From the NCBI GenBank assembly GCA_964106915.2, contig OZ066918.1: DNA of 64,000 nucleotides; one strand, 5' to 3'. The position numbers were made by a program, and so were the translations under genes. The notes under the pieces are model-generated. The model saw only the letters and a program-made list of their open reading frames with translations, did not search any database and was not told where the DNA came from. The DNA is from Podarcis gaigeae (taxonomy: Eukaryota). Below, one piece after another: positions 52,520 to 64,000 of this stretch (the first letter of the stretch is position 1; every line of letters begins with the position of its first letter).

Positions 52520-53330
52520 GGGGGGGGGACACACAATAAATGGTGTCCTTTCCATCTAACAATGGGTGGTAGCTTTTAATTATTACATTTGCAAATCACA
52601 TTGCATGTGTCCTTCCATTAAAAAAAAATGACACCTGTGTTTTAGCGAGATGCAAATGTCTCTAAATGTAATCAATTATCTGGCTGAAAGGCAGATAATT
52701 AATCAACTAAACATTCTTTAATCGGTTGACAGCCCTATATATTAACACAAGGAGCAACTCTGCACAGGTGCCTCTAGCCAGTTTCGAGCTGGAGAACAAG
52801 GAACAGCACTTCCACGGCCGCAGATGCAGGCGGTCTGCATTCGGAAGCAGGGAACGATTCGGCTTAACAATGCGCTCCCCACCCCCTCCGCTCCTCCTCT
52901 CAGAAATCTCTTTAGCTTTCCGACGTTAAATATGATGCATGTGGGAAATAGAGTGAAGTACATTAATTGCCTTATTCATCACATCATTAAAATTATAGGC
53001 CTTGCTGCAGAGGAGCGGCCGGCGTCTTTGCAGCATTTCTGGTATACATCATTAATAAAAAGCATCCCTGTTAGTGGTACGCGAGATGTACTTTCTAAAT
53101 AACTGCGCAGCGATTTGGGGCTCACTTATGCAACATATTGCTACAAACCATCGCAATACCCCTGGCGCATGCTTAAACTCATTGGGCTAGTGATGGAATT
53201 AATGAGGCCGCCGCAGTGACTGTATGCTGAGCACGCCCGGCTCCTTTACTGTTCTTTGTCTGCAGCAAAGCTCTTGTCTTTCAGAGCTGGCCGCCACTGC
53301 TGCCTCCGCTACCTTCGCTGCTGCTGCTGC
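52520..53330. promoter_or_regulatory. Candidate conserved non-coding element / enhancer
   Basis: Repeat-free; dense TAAT/ATTA homeodomain cores; octamer ATGCAAAT near 52650; elevated CpG; no credible ORF. Conservation not tested. Confidence 0.45.
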
Positions 53331-53794
53331 TGTTCTGTCTCCAGGGCTGATCCCAGAATCAGATAATGAACAGCAGCATCGGGTGTGTAGTGGAGGGGGA
53401 TGACTGGAGGTGGGGAACAGCAGTGGGGGAGAGAGAAGACTTATTATTCCTTCCCTCTCAAACAAAACAAAATCATTGAACTGTCAGGGTCATTAAGGAC
53501 CCTGGGTTGTCATGGAAACGACCTTTGGGGGGGTTTACGGCTGCAAATGCATGAGTGACTGTATTGTGCGTGTGCGTGTAAAGGGGTCAGGTTTTTGTTG
53601 GTGGCTTCTTTTTTTAAAAAAAAAGAAGAGGAGGAGGAGGAAGAGAAGAACAAGATCAGATGGCTGGTGTTAAACAAATGCGCTTCAGGACGCAGATGGG
53701 TGTTTTCTTCAAGGAGGTATCAGGGCAAGAAGGGACGCAAATAAGTCGTCTCAGCAGATATGGAGGCGTTCGGAGTTCCGCTTACAATTCTCCC

Positions 53795-54035
53795 AGCGTG
53801 GAGTAGTTGGTTAGAGTGTTGGGCTAGGACCTGGGAGACCACGGTTTGAATCCAGCCCTGACTTGGTCCTGAAACTCATTGGGTGACCTTCGGGGCCAAT
53901 CAGTGCCTCTCAGCCTAAGCCTACCTCACAGGGTGGTGGTCGGGATTAAATGAGCGGGGAACAGGGAACCGTGTATGCCACATTTTAGCTCTTTGGAGGA
54001 AAAAGGGGGCATAGAAATGTAATAAATAAATAAAT
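53795..54035 (+). mobile_element. tRNA-derived SINE (MIR/Squam3-like)
   Basis: Box A/B-like motifs, core gggtgacctt..cctacctcacagggt, (AATA)n tail. Confidence 0.7.
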
Positions 54036-54104
54036 AGAATCACGCAAAGGTGAGGTTTCACTCTGAGTTCTTATACCTGTCTTCTGTACACAAGTGTTTG
54101 TTTT

Positions 54105-54452
54105 GTTGTTGTGTTGTTCAGTCATTTAGTCGTGTCTGACTCTTCGTGACCCCATGAACCAGAGCATGCCAGGCACTCCTGTCTTCCACTGCCTCCCACA
54201 GTTTGGTCAAACTCATGCTGGTAGCTTCGAGAACACTGTCCAACCATCTCGTCCTCTGCCGTCCCCTTCTCCTTGTGCCCTCCATCTTTCCCAACATCAG
54301 GGTCTTTTCCAGGGAGTCTTATCTTCTCCTGAGGTGGCCAAAGTACTGGAGCCTCAGCTTCATGATCTGTCCTTCCAGTGAGCACTCAGGGTTGATTTCC
54401 TTCAGTATGGAGAGGTTTGATCTCCTTGCAGTCCATGGGACTCTCAAGAGTC
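54105..54452 (-). mobile_element. BovB 3' fragment
   Basis: Reverse complement of the BovB 3' end; (TTG)n tail. Confidence 0.9.
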
Positions 54453-54879
54453 TTCATCTGCTTTACCCACGGATAAACACAACAAAAATACACCTGCCAT
54501 ACGTCCCGACATAAAGTGAATGCAGCATGATGTTGGACTGGAAACATTTAACAGCGTTCCCATTTGCTCTATGCAGCAACTATGCAGGTGGCAGGGTGCA
54601 CACCCAATTTTTTCCCATATGTCTATGTCTGTCCCTTCCATTTACTGGGCCCTCACTGCATTTCCGCTGCTATCCAAAATGCATCTGTGTCCCATATACC
54701 CCATTATAAGAAACTACTGTTTGATGTGTTGTTTCTCAAACTGGTGTCACACCAGCTGGGGTCTTTAAGCCGTTCCCAATTCTTCTCTTGCCATGGTGAG
54801 AGCACATCTTTGCCCAGAGTAATGACATCTCTGCCCCATCCATGGGTGTGTACACAAACAGTAAGGAATTGAAGCCACG

Positions 54880-55665
54880 TAACAACAACAACACAACAAC
54901 AACAACAACAACAACAAAATTTTTTTATTTGTACCCTGCCCTCCCCAGCTGGAGCTGGGCTCAGGGCGGCTAACATCATGAAACTAAGACAGTATACAAA
55001 GAACATAAGAACATAAAAACAGGCAATCAATTAGTTAAAATACATCTTAAAATTAATTCAGAGCAAATTGAAATCTGGACAGATGGCAGTCCATGGGTAA
55101 AATTGAGAGTGGTTAATATTCTCCAGGGCCAATTGTTATCACTGGTCTTATAAAGGACCTGTGAGCAGGCTAGGAGGGCTCTTTAATGCTTGTTCTTATA
55201 CAGAAAGAAAAGAATCAGACCGAACCCTGACCAAAGGCCTGGTGGAACAGCTCCGTCTTGCAGGCCCTGCGGAAAGATGTCAAATCCCACAGGGCCCTAG
55301 TCTCTTGTGAGAGAGCGTTCCACCAGGCCGGGGCCACAGCTGAAAAGGCCCTGGTTCTGGTCGAGGCCAGTCTAATCTCCCTGGGGCCGGGGATCTTCAG
55401 GGTGTTATTATTTGCATACCTTAAGGTCCTTCGTGGGGCATACCAGGAGAGGCGGTTCCGTAGGTACGAGGGTCCTAGGGCGTATAGGGCTTTAAAGGTT
55501 AAAACCAGCACCTTAAACCTGTTCCTGTACTCCACCAGGAGCCAGTGCAGCTGGTATAGCACCGGGTGAATGTGCTCTGGTGATGAGGACCCTGTGAGGA
55601 GTCTCGCCACAGCATTCTGCACCCGCTGGAGTTTCTGGGTCAGTTTCAGGGGCAGCCCCACATAG
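54880..55665 (-). mobile_element. L2 3' fragment (second subfamily)
   Basis: ORF 55215..55661 GLPLKLTQKLQRVQNAVARLL..LHWLLV..FKVLVLTFKAL. Confidence 0.88.
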
Positions 55666-56970
55666 AGTTGTTGAAATGCAGGAGGAGAACAACTTCACTG
55701 TGCTCTAATGTGAACGCACCCTATATATGAACTGGGACTAGAGTTTATTTTAAGACCTCAGCATTGCAGGAGCTTCTTAACGTATGAGATCTTCTGGATA
55801 TTATTTCAGATCCCTCTTTTGTGCACCGACATCTTGTTATGCACAGATGGCGAAGAATATCTCACACGGCTCCCATGCTCCAAAGCTATTCCACCTTTTA
55901 AATAATTCAGAACACGGCATTATGCAGGAAGGATTTTCCTGGTGTTTATCAGTCATATTCTCAAGTCAGTGTCATTAAACAAAACCATTTCAAGCAATGT
56001 GCCTTTATTGGGGATAACATTGGACACAATGAAGATTAATTAGCAGCGGCCACAACCTCCACTGATGTCCACTGCTGCGTTTTCTTTAGCGTCATAGAGA
56101 GACCTGCATAAAGTAAACCTCTAGCTCCAAATTACCATCATGGCAAAATCACATACCTCTTTGGTAGTCTATGCAATGCAGGGGACATTATCAAAATATC
56201 CAGATAGTGCTCATATAGGGCTGCCATACACCTGGAATTTCTCAGACATATCTAGGATTCAGCTGACAAAAATAGGGAGGAATTTTCAGGAATCGGTTAG
56301 GAGAATGTCCAGGAGAAACTCCAGAAGTGTTGATTTTGGGGCGAATTCCCCCCCCCCCCATAGCTCCCAAATTTCTTACCAAAAAAGTCAACAAGTTTTG
56401 TGTCCAGATTTTCAATTTTTGAAATATGGCAACCCTAGCTCATTTTCTGCCTGATCCTTTAGGATTACTTTTGCAATTATTCTAGGTCCTGCAATTGTCT
56501 GAAATTTGTTCGGAGCCAGGGGAGGAGGGAACTCTAAATTTGAATCCAATAATGCATAACTTGTATGGCAAGGACAGCAATTACAAACTAATGGAGAGAT
56601 GCAATGTTTAATGAAAGGCCGTATTATGATGAAGATCAAGTATAGAAGGAAAACATGTTGGCCCACTGATACTTGTTTCTTCAGGCCATCGTCTTCCACA
56701 AAATGGTGGTCAATGTCTCTTCAATGGCACCATCCTTTTCACTGGGGCTAGAACCAGTCTCCCCTTGATCTACACTTGGCTAAACTGGCACCTCCAGATA
56801 TTTTGTGTTTTGCTAATGATAGTTGTAGTCCAGAACATCTGGAGAATAAGTGCTGATGTATCCCACTTATTTCCCCTGACTCAGTAGCACCATAAAAGTT
56901 TCTAGGACCAGCTTTGCCTGCCCAATAATCAACCTTTACTACTTTTGCCACTCATGAGTTCCTATTCTGC

Positions 56971-57562
56971 TGCCAGGGAGCAGGTCGGCAATAACTCACA
57001 TGCTTCAGTGAAGTTGACTCTTTATTCAAAGAAACTAAACAGCTCCAGCCTAGTAAGCACAGCAACGCTTCCCAGTAGATCTTGCCCCAATGAGGAAGTT
57101 GTGAGGACTGAAGGTCCCCACATTCCCACAGCTCTCTAGGTCTCCTCCTCTCATGGGTCCTTCCCAAACAAAATGAGACTCAGATATCTTGTCTGTTTTT
57201 GCTCTGCCCTCTTCATACCGTGTCTGGTTCTGGGAGATGGGACTGGGGGGGGCAGGAGTTGGTCGCAGCAGGAGAGGGAGACTTCCTGGCTTCTTCAGCA
57301 GCTTGACTCATCTCTGCCTCTTGAGCCCACTCCTCTCCAGCCTCTGATTCTGAACTGCTCTCTGCCACAGCCTCTTCCTGCTCACTAAACCCTGTTACCT
57401 TTTCAGCTTCCAACACCTCCTCCTCCCAGTCTTCTCCCTCTTGTCCCTCTGACCACTCACCGTTGTCCCACCTCTGATCCGCTAGCTCTAAGCCTTCTTC
57501 TATTGGGCTTTCCCCGAGCTGGTGCCTCCTGCCACTCCTCTGAATCCAGCCAGTCCATGACA
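56971..57562 (-). mobile_element. Solo LTR with acidic/basic U3 frame
   Basis: TG..CA termini; perfect 5-bp TSD tctgc (56966-70 / 57563-67); minus-strand AATAAA near 57021; frames MDWLDSEEWQEAP..EDWEEEVLEAE..PSPRTRHGMKRAEQK. Confidence 0.8.
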
Positions 57563-58474
57563 TCTGCTCAGCCCCTGGTTCCAGCAGCCCACTTTGCTGA
57601 TTTTCTGGGTTGCCTGTGATCCAGCACCCTTGCCTAGCAAAACGCTCAGTTCTCTGTTTCAGAAAGAACCTTCTGCCCAGAACAGCACTTGAGCGGTTAT
57701 TCTTCAAAGGCTCACAAATTCTAGCATTAGAAGTGGGAATTATTCCCACTTTCATTATTTGGCCAATAATATCAAGATGTTAAAAATCAGGTATGTTTCA
57801 ATTAATGCTCCTCCTAATCCCTTCTTTTTCTTCAGATTATATGGATTAACAAATGTAGGCTGTCTTTACCGTCATGCCTTTTGCTCCTGGGATCAACTTA
57901 CGAGTCACTTTTCTCTGCACCTTTTCAAGTGTTATAATATCTACCTTTCTGCAGATGGATGGAATGGTTGGCTGGTAATTGGAACAGGGCTGATGGCCTG
58001 TTTCCATGCCTCTGTATAATGAGGACATTTAACACAGCTAAGCAAATGTTTCTGGGTTTTTTTTTTGTTTGTTTCATGCGGCACTTTGGGGATGTGCGGT
58101 GTATCTGAAATTAACCTCCCTGACACAAAGGGCAATGACATCACATTTCAGAAGGGATACTGAACCAAGGAATAAGGAATTAAATTTACAAAGCAAGTCA
58201 CTGAAACTGTAATCCGCTCCCTGCACAGTCTCTCGGGTGGACCTCAAGTGAAAATTAAAAAGATAGGAAAAATCATTTCCCTTCAAACAGTGTCATCTCA
58301 CAGTTCCATGGAATCCGAGGCAGAGGTGTGTTCTACAAAGAAGGGTCAGTAGTACGGAATGCCCAGCTGACCTGATCTGCAATCCTCGCATACAGATGTG
58401 TGGATTGGAACGCAGTAATACATTGGATCTCCCACTTCTCTGAATGTTGCAACACATTCCACTGCTCCAAAACG

Positions 58475-58511
<37 letters not shown>

Positions 58512-61500
58512 TGCATCAGATTTGGACATATCACAAATTCTAAAGCTACCATGAATAAATTCAGGGTTGAAGCATGGACCTTTGCTGCATTTCAGGGTTG
58601 AAGCATGGACCTTTTCAGGGCACTTTGGATCTGCTTCAGAGCAGATTCAGGGCATATTCGGGTGGTAAAAAGATGCAGGCATTGTGTCTGAAAATAACTA
58701 AAACACTTATCCCCATATCAGGTAACTGCCAGTGTGGTGAGATCAAGGAGGGAGAGCTCTTCTGCGATTGACAGGTCTGACTTTTAATCAGAGGGGATGC
58801 TTATTACAAGGGATCTCCAATCACAGTGCTTTAGGGAAGTGAAGTTGAAGTGATGCATCACCTCCTCCTAGCCTGTTCTTGGTTCTTTGCTGTTTCTGCT
58901 AGTGGAGACTGCTTGGAAAACGCAATAGCTCAAGTCCTTCTGTCTCTGCCACATGCCCACACATCCACTCCCTGTCAAATCAGCTGTGCATTTACGTTTC
59001 TGTGACTTTGGGTAGCAGTTGAGCAGAATACATGTTTGTTTTTAAAGCATTCATCATCACCTAAAAGCCATCCACCCATTCTTCTTAATTTTTGCAGCTT
59101 ATTTTCCTGTTGGACATCTTAATGATAGGCGTCATTTTGGTAATAAAGTTATTGACCACAAAATCGTCGGGAGGAAAGGAAAACCCTTTAAATCCTCCAC
59201 TACAAAATAAAATTTAAAGGAGGCTTGCCACAGAAGACCTGTGCACACATTTGTCCTCAGTTTGGCAGGTTTCTTACCCAGGGATACCTCTCTCTCGTTT
59301 GCTGTTTTCATACAAATTGCCCACAAAACAAGAGGTAAGAATAAGTGAATCTTTTTGTGTTTTTATCTAGGATTTTTTTTGTGATCCACCCTGAGATCTG
59401 TGGATGAAGGGTGATTTATAAATTTTATGAATATGTAAATAAGCAAAAGTTGTAAAAGTTGGTGGGTGTTTTTGTTTAGGAAATACACTGTATCTGTCCT
59501 TCTGAAATCTGCCAGGATCAAATCCCTTTAAAAGGATCTGACATGTCTGCAAATTTCATGCAATCCTGCAAATAAATTATTAGTGCAAAACCCTCAGACC
59601 TATATTTCTGCAATTTAGCAGGCATGAAGCCTCATTTCTTCTGAATCAAGATTCAGACCCTGAGGAAACTTTGTCGGCACCAAATAATGCTCTTTTCCAA
59701 AGCGCTGATTCCAGACACCATCCCTTTTAATTCCTGTCAGTTCTTGGGTATGGGGTAAGACTGGGGCCTGGTTTGCTATTTAAGGGCTCACCTCTGAACA
59801 CTGTCAAAGTAGCTCCTGCCCTGCTTGGATCTCTTCCTGCAAAAGCTTGCTGTCTAGATCCAGCTCCCTGGAACCCACTGTTTCCCAGTTCCTTCTGAAA
59901 TTTGTCAGATGACTCCAGCTTCAGCCAAGCTAGCTTAAAACTTACTTAGTGCTCCCCAAGTGATGCACCAGCTAGTACAATACAAGTGTTTGGCATGCCA
60001 ATGTAAACTTGTAATCACATCTCTGTTTAGATTAGGGCACCTGTACTGGGTGTAGCTTGAACAGGGACAAACATGCCAGAAATTGTCAGTAACTAAAATG
60101 ACATTTAATTATACGATGTTTCTTTTCTGGTATTGAAAAAGTAAACATGTTTTCAAAACACTGAATAAAAAGCCAGATAGTAAGCCAAGGGGAGTAGCAT
60201 TGTTGCAGCTTCTGACTGGCTCTATGCCTGCAGCCTAAGACAGAAAAGCGCATTCATCTACAGAACAATGTTGTGGGATTTGAAGGAAGTTGGAGACATC
60301 ACATAACCACCAGCAGCAGCGAGCAAGAAGGGGTGAGTTTCTCAGAAGGAGCAGTCTGGGCACTGATAAGCTAGCAGCAGTGCCCTTCGGTTACAACACA
60401 TAATGTGCTAATGCATGTCAGTTGTTGTCACTGTGCACTATGATGTCATCCATCTCAGCAGTTATGACACAAACAGTGAAGTCACCCCACATTCCGAGAG
60501 ACAGAGGATAAGGTTACCAGCTCTGGCCTTTGACAGTGACAATGGGAAGTAACGGAGAAGTGGACAACTAGTAAAGGATCTAAACAGGAGAAAAGATTTG
60601 AGGTAAAAGCGGAAGGGAAAATGTTGTGAGAGTGAGTCGTACTGTTTCAATGTGGTGTAATCAATGGAAATGTGGAGGGATATGAAAATTGTTCTGTGCA
60701 TTTGTAGTAATGGCAGTGAAGAAGAGTTTCCAAGACAATGTCTGATGTTTCTGTGCTCTTGAACCAGATTTGCACCAGAGTCTCCAGTAGTTAATGGGAA
60801 TTATTTGTGATTTTGCTTGGCTACAGTGTTTTTGTGTAACTATCCACCCATACGGAGTACCACCACCTCTCTTTTTTTCCTGCTACCTATGGAATACATT
60901 TTGTGCTGGCAGCCATAGCACTTCTATCAAAATATGAGTATTGGCATATCATTTTTAACACACACCCCCGAGTGTGGATGGCTGTACTGGGTTTCAGTAC
61001 ATATTTATTTTAAAATATTTCTAGGTTACGTTTCCTAAGTTATGGTTAATTTTAATACGCTTTAACATTCTATTATATTGTTTTGGAGGTTGGGTTTTAT
61101 TGTCCTTTGGCTTGCTTTCTTGAAAATTCAGTTTTCCCAGTGAAATTTTCAGACATTTTCTGCTTTACAATAATTTTATGTGAGGGACTTTCTTGTGTGC
61201 TTCCAACCTGAAAGCAGCTTTGAATGATTAAAAAAAAAAATGGAGGGTGAGGCAGGAAGTGGGAGGGATTCCACTTCCTGTTTTGCACTTCCTATATAAT
61301 TCCCAAAGTGAAATGTTTGTACCTCATTCAACAGAAAACCTGAGAAACAGAAACAGCTTATATTTCTCACCAGAGGGTTAGGAGATTTATGATATCCAGG
61401 GTTAGGAGATTTATGATATCTAATATCCAGTAAAGGATATTAGAGCATCAATGTAGGAAGAGGAAGTCCAAGCCATTCATCGGTTTCTCTTGGTTTTCTA

Positions 61501-61530
61501 TAATGTCTGAAGGCTTACATATCTTCAGAT

Positions 61531-61821
61531 AATTATATCCTTCATACTAATCGGCTGATGATTTGCCCGCCCAGACGCCAATACCGCAGCCCTTCAAGCC
61601 ATTATTTTTAACCGCGTAGGAGACATTGGACTAATACTAGCCCTTGCCTGACTAGCAATACACTTAGCAACCTGAAACATTCAAGAAATAACAATTGAAA
61701 CTAAAACCCCTCCCCTACTACCTCTCTTCGGCCTTATTCTTGCCTCCGCAGGTAAATCCGCACAATTCGGACTCCACCCCTGACTCCCAGCTGCAATAGA
61801 AGGTCCAACACCTGTTTCAGC
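61531..61821 (+). pseudogene. ND5: NUMT: internal fragment of mitochondrial ND5
   Basis: In the vertebrate mitochondrial code reads [56 protein letters not shown] with no stops or indels. Confidence 0.96.
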
Positions 61822-62461
61822 GGGGGAGAAGTTTTCAGGGTCGCCTAGTAGGTTAGGTATAAAAAGAGCAAGTAGTAGGAGAAGAGTAAAGATTAATATA
61901 GCACCCAGTAAGTCTTTATATGAATAATATGGGTGGAATGGAATTTTGTCTGTGTTGGAATTTAAGCCTGTTGGGTTGTTTGATCCTGTCTCATGTAAGA
62001 AGAGTAGGTGTACTATTGAGGTTCCTATAATAAGAAAAGGTAATAGGAAATGGAAGGTAAAGAATCGAGTTAGGGTTGCGTTGTCTACTGCAAAGCCGCC
62101 TCAGATTCACTCGACGAGGGAGGTGCCGATGTAGGGAATTGCGGAAAGAAGATTAGTAATGACGGTGGCACCTCAAAATGATATTTGGCCTCAAGGGAGG
62201 ACATAGCCTATGAAGGCTGTGGCTATGACGAGAAGCAGGAGTAGGACTCCAATGTTTCAAGTTTCGGTAAATATATAAGAACCATAATATAAGCCTCGTC
62301 CAATGTGTAAATAAATGCAGACGAAGAACATAGAAGCACCGTTGGCGTGTAGGTTGCGAATAAGTCATCCGTATTGGACATCTCGATGAATGTGGGCAAC
62401 GGATGAAAAGGCGGAAGAAATGTCTGGGGTATAGTGTATGGCTAAAAAGAGGCCTGTGATG
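61819..62461 (-). pseudogene. CYTB: NUMT: internal fragment of mitochondrial cytochrome b (214 codons)
   Basis: [57 protein letters not shown], uninterrupted in the mitochondrial code (TGA=Trp). Confidence 0.98.
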
Positions 62462-62986
62462 GATTGGCCCATATGCACCTGGGCCAATCCCTAAATTGGG
62501 CAGCGGGGGGGGGGGTTACACATGTACAGCAGGCTCCCCCACTTCTGACTGCATCCTCAAATGGACAAACAGGGGCATGGTTGGAGGGGACTAGGCCAGA
62601 GATTGTGACCCTGTTTTTCCTCTCACATGAGTCTAAGAGCATGAGAGATGAATGCCTGAAAAGGGCTCAAGTGTGATTAAGAAACTGAACCCAATAAGTG
62701 CTCTGCAAATAGCTTCAGACTAGAATTACAGGGTATACTCAGTGGTCAGGATTCCAAGGGGGTAGGGTTACTAGGGAGCAGAGAATATGTTTAACCACCA
62801 ACACACTGATGTCTGAGTGTGCCTCTTTACTTTCTATTCTACATATGTGGCTCCCTTTATTTTCTGCTATATAATAATGTCCTTCACTCTGCTGGGAGAA
62901 CTTGTGTGTTGTACTTCAGAATAAAGCAGAAGCAAAATGTGCCCTCCATGCCAACAGTGGGTGGTTGGGCCTTACTGGCAATGTCT

Positions 62987-63845
62987 TTTTTTTAAAAAAA
63001 ATGTTTTTATTAACAATTTCAACATAACAGATTATCAAAACATATCATATTCATTATTCCCCCTTTCCCCCCACCCCCTTCAAACCTCCCCTCCCCCCGA
63101 GACTTCCCTCAGCTCCTCTCTCTGATTTTCTCAGAACATATTATTCTCTGCATGTTGTAAAATTATACATATCCTTGCAGTATCTATCTACAATGTTATC
63201 AACTAGTAAATTTGTGTATGTTTATTCAAAACCTGTTGTCTTTTAGATAAGTTGTAAAAAGCTCCCACTCTTCCTTAAAGTCACAGTTGTCCTTATCCCG
63301 CAATTTGTATGTCAATTTAGCCAGCTCTGCGTAGCTCATCAATTTTTCTTGCCACTGTTCTTTCGTTGGGGTTTCCTCATTCTTCCATCCTTGTGCTATC
63401 AAGACTCTTGCCGCTGTTGTAGCATACATAAATAAGTTCTTTGTTTTTCTTAGCAGGTCTTGTCCTACAATCCCTAACAGAAATGCTTCTGGGTGTTTTT
63501 TTTACAAAAGTCATTTTAAACATTTTTTCAATTCATTATATATCATTTCCCAAATTTTTTTAACTTCTCTACATTCCCACCACATCTGATAAAAAGTCCC
63601 TTCTTTTTCTTTACATTTCCAACATGTGTTTGACCCAGTTTTGTACATTTTTGCTATCTGTACTGGTGTAATATACCATCTATACATCATTTTCATAAAA
63701 TTTTCTTTCAAAAGAGAACAACCTGTAAATTTCAAATTTATTTTCCACAATTTTTTCCAGTCCTCAAATTGTATATTATGTCCTATATACTGTGCCCATT
63801 TGATTATGACCAATTTGACCTCCTCATCTTTTGTGTCCCATTCTA
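62987..63845 (-). mobile_element. L1-clade LINE 3' fragment (ORF2 C-terminus)
   Basis: Cys-rich CWKCKEKEGTFYQMWWEC and ARVLIAQGWK..YAELAKLT; A-rich tail near 62990. Confidence 0.85.
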
Positions 63846-64000
63846 GCAGAATGGGCCTTACTGACAATGTCCCTGTGGTTGCTTGCACCCGTCTCCAGCA
63901 GTCCTTTCAATAGACAAACCCCCATTCTCCACACACACATCCTGTTCATCATTATGATAGGCATTTTGCCAGTATTGTAATGTACAACATTGGATTCTAA

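Noticed and set aside
1-64000. CRISPR arrays, operons, true tRNA/rRNA genes
   Set aside because: Vertebrate nuclear DNA; tRNA-like boxes occur only as SINE heads, and no regularly spaced repeat array was seen.

Overview
Eukaryotic nuclear DNA from a squamate, most likely a lacertid lizard. This assignment rests on a lizard-type cytochrome b NUMT, Squam3-like tRNA SINEs and BovB/L2/CR1/L1 LINEs. I recognise no host protein-coding exon, so the window looks intronic or intergenic: repeat-rich DNA interspersed with repeat-free, motif-dense blocks that may be conserved non-coding elements. Main observations: (1) four diverged solo LTRs, three with TG..CA ends and 5-bp TSDs, whose U3 regions all carry the same type of reading frame, an acidic tract followed by P-S-P-R-T/S-R-R and a basic tail, suggesting an LTR-encoded small protein; (2) the 3' end of a DIRS/Ngaro-type tyrosine-recombinase retroelement encoding an SGNH-hydrolase C-terminus, bracketed by a perfect 78-bp direct repeat, plus two related non-coding terminal-repeat copies; (3) a young chimeric NUMT in which ND5 (+) is fused to inverted CYTB (-), with hairpins at both outer junctions; (4) a BovB insertion with a twin-priming-type 5' inversion, and a stop codon shared by three BovB copies; (5) a bipartite L1 (5' end fused to 3' end) and a composite MITE carrying a captured L2 tail. 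All family assignments come from recognising motifs by eye; no database search was run.
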